Shown in pieces: positions 22,443-33,672 of a stretch of DNA of 33,743 nt (the stretch's first letter is position 1; each line of letters begins with the position of its first letter). The DNA comes from Perkinsus olseni (Eukaryota), in the NCBI GenBank assembly GCA_013115125.1, contig JABANN010000384.1:1-33743 (forward strand), read 5' to 3'. The notes beneath the pieces were generated by a model. The model was not told the origin of the DNA and did no database searches. It saw only the letters and a list, made by a program, of their open reading frames with translations. A program made the position numbers and the translations under genes.

Positions 22443-23385
22443 CGATGACAAGCGATAAAATGCTGCTGAAAAGTCATCAACGACCCCGCACCTCCAACCA
22501 AAGGCTAAGTAAGGATGTCCAAGATGCTCACGCTTTTATCTACACGCACAACGTATTCCCAGATAGGAGAGGGAGGGTCGACTGACCACGCAACAGGCAG
22601 GCCCAGGCACCGGTACTACGGCGGCGACCGAGATCTGCGTCATGCGGTAGATGACATCACCATCAAATTACGAGGAGTCCAGCAAGGGTAGCCGGCCTCA
22701 GTCGATCATCTATTCACCATAGCATGGACGAAGTCAGGTCCAGTGGTTAGAATGTAAGAATGTTTGGGGAAGCGAGGACCTCCTAAGGAGCCACCAGCAG
22801 GGGACTTGATCTCAATGAAAGGCGGTGAATGGGCACTCGAGTGGTAGTAGCTTTCACCAAGCAACTTTCGCAGGCTTGTCGTACAACCGATATGAGGCAT
22901 CAGCAGCAGCATCAGGCGATACCCTCACCCCTCGAGGGATGACATCGAGTAGAGGGGCATCGAGGATGGGTGGTAGACGTGGATGAGGGAGGGGCTTCCC
23001 AGCCACCAGACCGAAGGCTGCCGTAGTAACAGCAGTAGTATCATGCGGTTAGACTACCACTGTTGGTTGTGGCAAAGTGGAGGGTCGGGTGCCCACCAAA
23101 ACTGAGGGGGCAGCACCGTGGCAGCTAGGGTCAAGACGGGAAGCGGGGAAATGTTGGTAGTAGTATCATTATTATCGTCAATGGTAACAACAGTATATCA
23201 GAGAAGAAGAGACAGTCTTGTTGAAGTGGCTGTTGACAGAGCAGTGGCAACAGGCACCGGAAAGCAGACAAACACGAGTCGGTACAGCAAGGGGCGAAGA
23301 GTGGTCAGTCATCTTTGCAGATACCTGAAACATCGACCAACTCATCTACATAAACAGCAGCCACCATCGTCTTACAGAGACCACT

Positions 23386-24065
23386 TTAAGGAGTGTTGAC
23401 ACCAGAAGAAGCAAGAGGGGAGATTGGGTTAGGGCCGCCAAAACGTCCGCCACGACGCAGGGCCGGAATGCTCGGACGCTCGGGCTCTTTCTTGTCCTCT
23501 AAAAGTAGCGACAGTTCCCTTTATCGGCCGAGAGGCGCCCAAGACGACTACCTTCTAATTCAACCCACACCTCATCGTCGTTTTTGAGCTGTTCACAAAT
23601 TTTAGCTCCCATATCAAGATAAGTGCCGTCCTCGAAACGGACTCCTGAAAACGACGGCCTCAAAGGACCACCCCTCCCCTACCCACAAACCTGAAGGAGT
23701 TCCGGAACGGATGGTAGAGCCACGCTTGCTGTAGACCGGGCAATAACGAGCAATCCCCATGTTGGCTGAGGAAAAAAAGATACTCCACTACTGCGACGGT
23801 GGAGGGCCTCACCAAGCCATCTGATATGTTGACTGCCCGGACCACAACGAATGACGAAGCTTCTGTCACGAACGTGGACCTAGGCAGCAGAAAGACGACA
23901 AAATCGATCAAAAGAGGCGAGTGAAAATCATCTCACCAAAAGCCTCATGTTATCTTCTTCCACTTTCGCAGAAGTCCGGGGGCTCTCGGAAGGCGAGCAG
24001 TCAGTAGTGCTTGCGTGGGAGTCATCTATGGCGGTGGTAGTGCTGACCTGTGGGGCTAACGACAT
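23386..24065 (-). CDS. Small protein with Par3/HAL N-terminal-like (ubiquitin-like fold) domain, multi-exon; start uncertain (ATG 23948 or 24065, possibly further 5' exons)
   Basis: Spliced read: MRLL|VHVRDRSFVIRCGPGSQHIRWL|ANMGIARY...S|GVRFEDGTYLDMGAKICEQLKNDDEVWVELE|EDKKEPERP...GVNTP*, with GT-AG introns (e.g. 23880-23936). The V.V....F...CG.G...I.WL....RY...L.ND..V.V pattern recalls the HAL N-terminal domain. Confidence 0.7.
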
Positions 24066-25068
24066 TGCTGTGAAGGGAGAGGGGGAAAGCAATCGGGATA
24101 TTAGCTGATGATGGTAACACAGCAGAACCCAGAAGCAGGAAGCACAACACGGCATGGACTGCGAAACTGACCTCACTTCCTCGAACACTCTTTAATGGAG
24201 CAATCATGCTGCCATGGCCATCACCACTGGACTTCTTCTCGGAAGCCCTACCACTGCAGCTGGCGCTACAACCAAGATCATCAGGCATCAGCTCGATATC
24301 ACCATGCCTTATCTCCTGACTCTTACAGACACTATGAGGCATAGATCACCTTCATTGACCTCGTCGTCTGAGGCACGGGAGGCTCGTCCCGGTAAGACGT
24401 CCCGGCGACTCCGGCAGCGAGAGCCAACTTGAGCACAGCAGATAGTGCATCACCACCGGCAGCCCAAAGACGTCGAAGGCACAAAGACCAGAGCCCCGAC
24501 TTGCCTTCCACCTGAAGAGGACAATTTGTGTGACAAAGAAGTCCAGCACGAGAACTGACCGGTCGCAACGACCACGACGACGCGCGACCGTCTTCATTAC
24601 CACGGAATTTGACTACCTTCACGTCACACCGGTTCCCAGCAGAAGGGAGCGTCACTGGACGCAGCAGCAGGCATTATAGCGATGGTCCTCCAATCAGTCG
24701 ACCGGTCGCGGGCTGGTCGTTCACGATGACCCACAGAGCTCGCGCAAACCCGGAAAATAAGTTAGGTAAATTACGGTAGACGACCATGTTAAAGAAAGCC
24801 TTCAAACGGACGGCTTTCTCAGCACGCTTGAATGGTCCGAAGCTGCCGATCATAGAGGATGAGTAGACACAAGGGATGGTTTAATGCAAAGCGCTTCGCT
24901 CCGCCGTTTCCCGACACTGATCATCACAACCACAAGCTGGTGCGGATGAAAATCTCGCTACGCCATTCTAATCGATGTACTTAGCTCACTTTGCAAACAA
25001 GGCGACAGTATTAGCGTCACGCTACGCCGTCAGGCAGGCAAACATAGACACTTCCGCACACACAAGAG

Positions 25069-25983
25069 TTAAGCTAACTGGACCGGTCTATGGCCCTCGC
25101 TGGTGTCACCGTCATTGGCCTTGAAGTAGAGGGAGATACTGAGGAGGCCTAGCATGGCCATATAAACGCCGACGACGACGTACAGGAAGGTCAGGTGCAT
25201 CAGAGCTATCGAGGCCTGACGGAAAATCAGAGCTACGATAATTGGGAATCTAAGGTCGACCATAGCACATGACAAAATCTCATCCTTACCTGGAACACGT
25301 AAAAGAAGCCTCTACCCCAAAGCTGAGTGAGGAAATGGGCGTACTCGTGTATTTTCTGTTGGACTTCGTACCTGCTGGGAAGACGTCTTAGAGTACGACC
25401 GAGCTCGAGGACTTGTGAAGATATTTGGGGTCGGCTTCCAGTAGGCACGTAACAACACCGAATACAGTCTGATAGGCATTCAGTAGGTAGATGACGGGAG
25501 CATGTATCGCCTGTGCTGGTGACAGGACCTGGTGACACGGGTGTTGTGAGGTGGGGCGAGCCTCCCTCCCCCTACGTTAAGGGCGCCGGTGATCGTGACA
25601 GCAAGGCCTCCAAGGAATGCTAGTAGCCTCAGACTGTCGGGTCCAGCATGAATGTAGTCGTCAATCGCGTTGGCTGCGGCAGAGACACGATCGCTGAGAA
25701 CAACAACGGCCCGGTAATTCAGACTAAGCGCTATTAATAGGGCCTGCCTGGCTGCTCTGAAGCCTCTAGTGGCCATCTCACTAGCAAAGACCGAGCCGAT
25801 CAAAGGTTGATTAACTTGCACCTGAGACTGATGGCGATGCTGTCGCATGCAGAGTGTCCGACGCACCTCATCATCATCATGAGGGGTATCGTGGTGGGAG
25901 GCCACCGGTTTTGAAGCCATGGAGATCATGGACAGCGGTATGGGAGAAGACACGGTGTAGGGGCTCTCGTTCACTCTTGGCAT
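25069..25983 (-). CDS. COPI-associated / TVP15-like multi-pass membrane protein, multi-exon
   Basis: Spliced segments GPDSLRLLAFLGGLAVTITGALN, VIYLLNAYQTVFGVV, YAHFLTQLWGRGFFYVFQ and LYVVVGVYMAMLGLLSI. FL....GRG.FY.F is the family hallmark. Confidence 0.8.
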
Positions 25984-26088
25984 GGTAGGGCACTACGAAG
26001 CCTCAGGGGATCCCGTGGTGGCCTCCTCGTAACGCAACTCACCGCTTCGACACGTCTGGGTTAAGAATATCGACGTGGAAGCTTCGCG

Positions 26089-26340
26089 CCGGTGACACGT
26101 CCATAGTCCCGACTGAAGCGCCCGACTCAACGACGTTCTAAGTTAGGTCTGCAACAGTCAGCTCATGCGAGATTTCAGAATGTCGTCTCTCGGAGAGCTG
26201 ACGATGATGGCTGTAGTGCCTACTTTGCCGGTGACACTTCTATAGCCCTGATGCATGGCGTTCAAAGTTAGAACTGCAACAGGCAGCTGATATTAAATTT
26301 CTGAGTAGTGTCTTCCCGAGAGCTGACGATGATGCCGGCA
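26089..26340. repeat. Diverged two-copy tandem repeat (~125-140 bp)
   Basis: CCGGTGACAC..ATAG, GTTAG..CTGCAACAG.CAGCT and GAGAGCTGACGATGATG each occur twice in the same order. Confidence 0.75.
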
Positions 26341-27541
26341 ATGCCCAATTGACCGCGGTAGGGATGATTTCAACATTTAGAAGTGTCTTTCGGTCACCGG
26401 TCAAGATCAGGTCGATCATCAGATGTGCGGGCAGGGTTGGTCACAGCCGAGCTCATGCCGTGGGTACGATCTGATGGAAGGGCCGTAGAAGAGCGAAACA
26501 TGTCGAACCGTCATGGGGTGCTAAAACACTCCGTCCGTGAGATCGCTCCTTCGCCGATCGGTTGCGTTAACGATAACCTTTCAATTGTGATTCATGGGCC
26601 ACTACGCTGCTGGTCACGGGCAGTGAATTGTACAGCTGTGAGGCAAGGAAGGGGATACTGACTTCGCCTTGAACCGTGGAACACCAGCAGCAGCATCATC
26701 ATCATACACTGATCGGCTCGCTGAACACTAATTGACGAACCGAGCAGAAGTTGACAATATGAGAACGGCGATCTCACGTGGCGCGAGAATGGCGGTAGAA
26801 GTATCACATTATAATAATACAGTCTACAACGAGATGAATCCTCCGACCTGCAAACGTGAGACCGCTCGACTACGTGGCAGCATCCCCAGCTGGCGCTGTC
26901 GAGAATCGAGGCAGCGCTCAGCCCTTCAACGCTGAGTCAATCGCTCGACCGCAGTTCTCGCGCATCGTGCTATACTGACCTCAGTTGCACACGTCGAAGT
27001 TTCTTCGTGACAGACTGCAAATTAACAAGAACGTTTTGTGACCGGGAAAGTAACTTCTCAGTCATAGAATGCAACTTCCCCACGATAAGACAGCTGCTAA
27101 ACCCATTACACACAGCATGTTGAGTAGCGACCACTCAATCGTCATCTGCCCGAGTGTCTCGTGTTTCATACCCACTAACCTTCCTGTCCGAATACTGCTT
27201 GACACCGTATTGCCAACAAGATTACCCCCGTCAATGACGACGAATATTGAGGGAAAACACAAGACAAATTGAAAGATGGAGAGAAATTCCCGTCCAAATA
27301 GGACGCAGATCGAACAACTAGAGCAAGGTCTTGCGGTTTTAAAGCCGATCGTGAACATGCGAGTAGAGGCTCTCCTAGAGAGCTTGATCGGCTGGGTGGT
27401 ATGCCGTCCAAAACTACTCACGAAAACAGTGGTATGTGGTTGTGTCAAGCACAACTTCGGTAGTAAAAGAGGTACATAACGTAATAATGTCCATGAAAGA
27501 TTCTTGGGCAAATTACGGTAACAAATAGCAGTGCTTATCGA

Positions 27542-29428
27542 TTAATCGCACTGGCAAGGAAGGTTAGTTGACGAGCAAACGCTGGGAGTTGACCAATATT
27601 TGCAGTAACTTCCTTCGTAGGTGGAGTTACAGAAAGCATCACATTTCAAGACCGACGGCTCCGAAGTGGTGAAGCTCATGGTGGGAGAGGCGGTCGACGG
27701 CGGCGGATGGGCTGTAGTCTGCCCGCATGAACAGAGAATATCAGTACCCGAGCAAATACTGGGAACTTGCCAGTACTTGCAGAAGCTACCACTACTCATC
27801 TGGTCGCAATAAGCATCACATGTAGCATTTTCGATGGTGGTCGTTCTCACATCAGTGGTCGTACTGGCACCGGTGGTCGTGGAAGATGGAGTCGACGTTC
27901 TCACCGCGGGGGTAGTCGATGTGACAGGCGCCTCGCACGAACAAGGAATGTCGGTCCCCGAACAGACTTGAGGGTAAAGCCAAGTCTTGCAGTAACTGCC
28001 CTTATAGAACGAGTCACACATGGCATTAGCAGCCCTACAGTCACCGGGACTGGTCGTGGAAGTAGTAGACGGTGCGCGATTAGTGCTAGGGGCAGAGGTG
28101 GTACTGGTAGTGCGGGTACATGTGGACCTTTCAGCGGTAGTAGTGCTGGTGCTAGTAGTGCAACTGATAGTGGTAGTAGAGCGCATAGTACTGGTAGTCG
28201 TGCTAGTGGTAGTAGAGGGCGTAGTACTAGTAGTCGTGCTAGTGGTAGTAGAGGGCGTAGTACTAGTAGTCGTGCTAGTGGTAGTAGAGGGCGTAGTACT
28301 GGTAGTCGTGCTAGTGGTAGTAGAAGTACTAGTAGTAGAGGGGGTGGTACTAGAGGTAGTGGTAGTAGTCCTGGTAGTAGAAGCAGCGGTGGTAGTTGAA
28401 GGAGTGGTAGTAGTCAAGGGATCACAGTGAATCTCGGGGCATTGCATATCCCTATTAGCCCAGTGAACAAATCTTTCACCATCAAAATCCCATACAAGCA
28501 ACTTGCCACTGTAGTCCATTTCCAATGCTCCACTGCCGGCATTGACGATTTGATTTCTATCATGACCGGCACCGCAACCACCAGCGATGATGATGGGCTC
28601 ATTGCAAGGTGAGTTAACACAGTCCTTGTACACTGAGTTATCAGAGGTCCTGTAGTAGATGAAATCTTCAGTAACATCCGCAACGTCGAAGCCCAGTCGG
28701 CCATTGACGAGGAAATCGTAGACGAACTTTCGCTCACTTTTACCAGGAGTCCACCTCACGATATGTCCACCTTCAGACGACCCTTGAAGGATGTACAATT
28801 CACCGTTGGCGAACTTGACTCCTTCTGGGTGATCAAGATGAGTGGCATCATCAGCAGGACGACCATCAGGATTACCGGCGACCATCTTCCGAGGATAGCC
28901 GGGGGAAGTCGGGTCGAAGCGGTACACTTGATTCATCTTCCTGTCAGTTACATACAAGAACTTGGCGGAGGTATCGAAAACGAGGCCCCTCCACTCGTGA
29001 TTATCGTCGGCCTTCTGAATGATGACGAAGTCTCCTTCGAGAGGTGATCGGCGATTGCCGGGGGTACCATACATACGCACCTCGTTGCTGACAATGGCAA
29101 ATACGTAAGTAGAACCGTAGGAGGAATAAACATCAATAGACGAGGCATCAGCGACGAAGATTTCTTCGGTCTTGTCCAGAGTGTAGGGGATCCTCCAGAC
29201 CTTATGCGATCCGGTGGATTTCTCCTCGCCAGCGATATACCAATATCCGAAGTTATCGAATGTGTAGTCCACCATATTTATTCCACCAGACGGCAGGAAG
29301 TTTCCACCGAGGAACTCCGACGAGTAGATGTCGTCTGCAGCGTGACTGCTACACCAGTCTGACTCCGACAACGCTTTGGTAGTCGAAACAAATAGGAACG
29401 CAAGAAGAACAGAGGTCGGGAGGAACAT
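27542..29428 (-). CDS. Intronless secreted protein (628 aa): beta-propeller-like (NHL/SMP-30-like) domain, Thr/Ser mucin stalk, three Cys-rich repeats
   Basis: Signal-like MFLPTSVLLAFLFVSTTKA. Propeller-like motifs WRGLVFD..FLYVTDR, LDHPEGV, IIAGGCGAG and LLVWDFD. Stalk of STTTSTTTSTTP repeats. Three copies of CD..C.....GS(Y/F)CK.W..P.(V/I)CS.T...C.C. Confidence 0.88.
   Translation of the reverse strand: MFLPTSVLLAFLFVSTTKALSESDWCSSHAADDIYSSEFLGGNFLPSGGINMVDYTFDNFGYWYIAGEEKSTGSHKVWRIPYTLDKTEEIFVADASSIDVYSSYGSTYVFAIVSNEVRMYGTPGNRRSPLEGDFVIIQKADDNHEWRGLVFDTSAKFLYVTDRKMNQVYRFDPTSPGYPRKMVAGNPDGRPADDATHLDHPEGVKFANGELYILQGSSEGGHIVRWTPGKSERKFVYDFLVNGRLGFDVADVTEDFIYYRTSDNSVYKDCVNSPCNEPIIIAGGCGAGHDRNQIVNAGSGALEMDYSGKLLVWDFDGERFVHWANRDMQCPEIHCDPLTTTTPSTTTAASTTRTTTTTSSTTPSTTSTSTTTSTTTSTTPSTTTSTTTSTTPSTTTSTTTSTTPSTTTSTTTSTMRSTTTISCTTSTSTTTAERSTCTRTTSTTSAPSTNRAPSTTSTTSPGDCRAANAMCDSFYKGSYCKTWLYPQVCSGTDIPCSCEAPVTSTTPAVRTSTPSSTTTGASTTTDVRTTTIENATCDAYCDQMSSGSFCKYWQVPSICSGTDILCSCGQTTAHPPPSTASPTMSFTTSEPSVLKCDAFCNSTYEGSYCKYWSTPSVCSSTNLPCQCD
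28185..28330. repeat. 36-bp coding tandem repeat (12-aa Thr-rich unit)
   Basis: GTAGTACT(A/G)GTAGTCGTGCTAGTGGTAGTAGAGGGC repeated ~4 times. Confidence 0.9.
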
Positions 29429-29835
29429 CTCGGGGAACAATAGTGAGTGGTGGACGAGAGACAAGCGTAAACACCATAGCGCAATCGTAGCGAGATGGAG
29501 GGGGGGGGGGCAGATTGCACAACTCCACCGGACGGCTCGGCTCTGGACCCTCGAGGAACTCCTTCTTGAGTGGCAGCCATAACGCTACGGCGAGGCAGGC
29601 CATCGATGAGCTTATCCCTCAGACGCTGAGCAGGGAACAGCTTCACCTCCACGGAGAACGCCCGAAGGGGCACTCGTGAACACCCGTGCAATCGATCGAG
29701 CCCGAGACTTGAACCGAGTCACGACGATGATGATGATCACAACAAAACAATAATGCATTATGAGCCACAACTACAATAACAAACAACAGCTTGCAACATG
29801 CGAATGGGGAGGGGCGTGACTGTGGCGAAGAGCCT

Positions 29836-30834
29836 TCACGACGTGAAGGTGGCTTCAGTAAGTCTAGATCTCACCGTTACTCCGCGAGAGCGTACGGTGA
29901 AGCCTGGCTTGAATATGCTGTCCCATCGCATAATATTGCTACTGTGGAACTTCCCTACTTCACTGTCCGAGTTGAAGTGACAAGAGGGTTGGGCAGGGGG
30001 CCTGGAACGACTCCGTTCGAGTTTGACCAGATCGTACGACCTGACCTCCTCGTTGCACACAGTCCCAGCCGGCGGACCGGGGAGGCTAGGAGTAAGCACG
30101 ACGCGGAAGTAGTAAGATCTTCCGCTTTTCCGGAATACTGGATTCACGATGAGGAAGTTGCAGATGTTATGGTAAACCACTTTGCGCAGCAGGCCCAGCT
30201 CCCCTGGTTCGCATTCCTGTATTCTAAGATCAGGAGGGGCGTCTCGGGACAGCGTCAGCTGCATGCTAAACTTCCCCTTGTAGGCTCCACTGTAAGTACC
30301 GATGATGCGGTCCTGATCGCCTCGCTGTGGTCTAATCGGCGTAAGACCGTCCCTGCAGACACTCCACAGTTCACTCAGGACTTCGACTCTAGCTTCCTCC
30401 ATAGTGAACAAGAGCGGGCTAACAGCATCTGACCTCCCCGGGAGGCTCATCACTTTTGGGGTTGATGTGCGCACGTCGGCAAAGCATCTTCCATCATCGC
30501 CCTGTCCCACGGACCCAACGAACTCCTCGGTAAAGCCGTGCTGATCGACACGTAATATCGTAGCTCCATCCACCGGGTCGATATTGTCATCCACCTTTAC
30601 TATGTAAGAGTTTGCCTGGAGGAACTTCACGCCTTCGACACTGTACTCTGACCGAATCAAGCCCTTGCTGCGGAGATGAGGGAGAACTCGTTCCGCCCAA
30701 TTGCGTGGGTCCGGTATAAAGACGTAATGGATTCTGTCTTCGGTAGCAGCATAGAGGAACTGCAGCTCGCGGTACTTGTCCCCAACGACAACCAGGGAGA
30801 GGGCGGACACCACCGTGAGGACAGAGAAGGCCAT
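29836..30834 (-). CDS. Secreted hypothetical protein (332 aa)
   Basis: Long uninterrupted ORF with a signal-like MAFSVLTVVSALSLVVVG at ATG 30834. No family confidently recognised. Confidence 0.7.
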   Translation of the reverse strand: MAFSVLTVVSALSLVVVGDKYRELQFLYAATEDRIHYVFIPDPRNWAERVLPHLRSKGLIRSEYSVEGVKFLQANSYIVKVDDNIDPVDGATILRVDQHGFTEEFVGSVGQGDDGRCFADVRTSTPKVMSLPGRSDAVSPLLFTMEEARVEVLSELWSVCRDGLTPIRPQRGDQDRIIGTYSGAYKGKFSMQLTLSRDAPPDLRIQECEPGELGLLRKVVYHNICNFLIVNPVFRKSGRSYYFRVVLTPSLPGPPAGTVCNEEVRSYDLVKLERSRSRPPAQPSCHFNSDSEVGKFHSSNIMRWDSIFKPGFTVRSRGVTVRSRLTEATFTS

Positions 30835-32304
30835 TCTGGATGGTGCAGCAACAAGAGGTGAACTGAGAGACAGTGGCCAAGGGCAACAACACCTGGATCG
30901 GGAAAGGGCCGCGGTCTCGAAGCGAAGCCTGGACGTGCCACTGTGAAACACTGGGAAATAATCGTTAGCTCGGCCTGGCACTGGCAAGGAAAATGATTCT
31001 CTCGTGCACCGGTCCATGTCTCGCTTTCGCCCCTTTCTCTGAGTCTCGCGCGCGCTCAAGTCCCCTTCCTTGAGCGCGTGCCTCTATCAACTCCACACAA
31101 CAGCAGCAACATGAGTTACGCTTTCATAGCAACCCTCCGGTATACAGGAGTGAGCCCAACGAGGAGCGGCCTGATACCAAGCATCCGATCGACATGGGCC
31201 TGTCGGGCACATAAAAGAGGAAGCCTCCTGGAGGGCACTTATGTTCCTCCGGACGACTCTCAGTAATGATCCTACGCACGGGAACCCAACGGCACTCCTG
31301 AACCTCCTAGTTCCCAACGCAGCGATCTGTAGGCCAACAACAGCAGCAGCAGCAGAACAAGTACGATAGCACGCATGCACATCGTCGGCAGAAACATCAT
31401 TCTCAAAGGAACTCAACTTGTCACCTCGACTCAATCTCTCGCCAACGTATACCCAGCCAAAGCATCAGGCCATCCAGTGAGGTACCCGAGTGCGAGGAGG
31501 ACAGTGCTCTGAGCTCTCGCCTCGATAGGAGCATCTTCCACCCACCCTAGCTTCAACGCTTCAGCGCGCGCCCGCGACTTTCTCAGAATAACTTGCCCGT
31601 ACCGCGATAGATTCTTTACAGCTGTCCCTCTGTCCGGCTGCCCTCCAGAAGGAACTCTGACCCCTCCCAGAAGCTCCTTGAGGCCAGCCGTATCGGACGT
31701 GCGTGAAAGATACACTCCGGACCTGAGGCCGTGGAACAGCACGATCTGCTCGGACATGGAAGAGGTGTCCTCACATGGGAGCATATTCCTCTTCGATCAT
31801 CGTGATGTCGTATCTCCCTCGTCGAGGTGCCCAGGACAGCAACAGCGTCACAGAGGGGAGGTCCTGACGGAGAAGTCCTCGCTCAATGAAGTCTGCTGCC
31901 TCGCGATCTCACTAAGTCAGCTTCACCCCGGAAAAGGTCCGGCTCCGGTGGAGCATCACGAAAGTGCTGCTGGCCATCCCTCGGCCACGTCCCGATTTTC
32001 AGCATGATCTCCGGCACTATGCCGATGAGCAGCGGAGCGAAGCCAGCCGAATCTTCCTCGAAGTGAGTCTCCAGGTCGCCTCCAACGAGACCACTCACTA
32101 TACGCTTGTCGTGAATGTACTTGCCCCACGCCACGAGTTGCTCACAACAGGTTGTCTTTCTAGGGGCGCCGCCGTGGAGGTGATGCCGATGAAGAGGGGC
32201 CAAATCGAAGAAGTGTCGGACGCGATGGACCCCGATCCTGAGCAAGAGTCCTCACAGTGCCAACTTATAATCTCGCATACCGACGCTGGCATAAGGATTT
32301 CTGT

Positions 32305-32517
32305 ATTTTCAGATTTCTTTGATTTCTCAGATTTTTCTGATTTTCCTGATTTTTCTGATTTTTCTGATTTTTCTGATTTTTCTGATTTTTCTGATTTTTC
32401 TGATTTTTCTGATTTTTCTGATTTTCTGATTTTCTGATTTTCTGATTTTCTGATTTTTCTGATTTTCTCATTTTCTCATTTTCTGATTTTTCTGATTTTC
32501 TCATTTTCTCATTTTCA
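32305..32517. repeat. TTTTTCTGA (8-9 bp) minisatellite grading into TTTTCTCA
   Basis: More than 20 tandem units directly visible. Confidence 0.95.
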
Positions 32518-33600
32518 TAGGGATTTCAGTCCGACCAATTGCTGTGCGTTAAAGCGGACATCAGTAACGGCAGCCTTCGGAACGAAATCGGAAGACCATT
32601 ACTGATCTTTTCATCGCACATCTCTAAGCCTTTTACAGAGTACAGCAATTGTTGGACGAGGGAACTTGTTAAGTTCAACTGAGGCAGCCTAGCGACTGAC
32701 CCAACGGCCAGCTTCATGCCTGGCTTAGCTCCTCGAGACGCAAGTACTCATCCTCACTCCAGCTGCGATGAGAACCGCAACGTCAGTGCGCGTTTCAGTA
32801 CTTAGCACAGGGATGCGCGGTACAGGGAGGACGTGTCAGGGGGCCAATGAGGATTCCCCCCCTCCCCCCCCCCCCTGGTCTCACCCTCCCCAGCGGGTCC
32901 ATGAGGTGATCGTTTCCAGCTCGTATTCACCCTCGTCATTCCTGCTAGCTGTAACATTGAATCTGTCCTGCAGACGACAGCCTGACGGCAGCAGTGGGCC
33001 CTTCCGACTCTTACTGGCATCATCAGAGAGCCTCCCAAGCGGAGGCGAACCTCGGAAGATGCTTCCCATGATAGCGTACAGGAATCTTCCCCTCCCGTAA
33101 CCTGAGCTCAGTTCGCGAGCATTAGACCTCGTAACCGCTACATCAGCCCGGCGGGACGACCGACTACGAGCTAGCAGTTGATAACCAACAGAAATTCGAC
33201 CGAGGGAGTCTCTCGTGGTCCACCACACGACGCTACAGCGTAGCAGGTCTCGGTACTGTTGTGGTCGTCAGAGTCTGCCAGTGGCCGTCAATGCCCTCTT
33301 ACCTCGGTCGCTGAAGATGCCTTCCTTACGTGCGAGCCCTGCAGTCCTATGGCCTTGATCGATACAAACTGTAACGGGAGGAGGGCATATCGTCTCATCA
33401 ATCAGTTACCAACGGACCCAGTGACGCTAGTGTCCCTGCCTCAACACAACAACCATCTCATGAGAAAATCAATCAGCCAAAAGTGCTGGAAGAACTGTAG
33501 TAATTCGACCCATGTGACCCTGCAGTAGCAGAACCAGCGACAGGTAGTACTCCGCACAGACCTGCCATAACAACCACGACTAGCAGGACGACAGTGAGCG

Positions 33601-33672
33601 CCCCCCCCCCCCCCCCCCCGCCCCCGGGGGGGGGGGGGGGTTTTTGTGGGGGGGGGCCCCCTCGGGCCCCCC
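33601..33672. repeat. Poly-C followed by poly-G (self-complementary), then further G/C runs
   Basis: A long C run is immediately followed by a long G run, then GGGGGGGGGCCCCCCTCGGGCCCCCC. Confidence 0.8.

Noticed and set aside
27767-28430. Plus-strand Val-rich and Gly/Ser/Arg-rich ORFs
   Set aside because: Antisense shadows of the Thr-rich repeat in the minus-strand gene.
30480-30720. Choline/ethanolamine kinase similarity (GFTEEFV) in the 29836-30834 ORF
   Set aside because: No Brenner (HxDxxxxN) or IDxEY motifs seen.
31051-31078. Hairpin CGCGCTCAAG-N8-CTTGAGCGCG as a terminator
   Set aside because: Eukaryotic locus with no U-tract, and a single 10-bp stem is not enough to assign function.
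31964-32504. ORFs with FSD or NQK repeats as real proteins
   Set aside because: They are produced by the 9-bp minisatellite, and the frame collapses where units become 8 bp.
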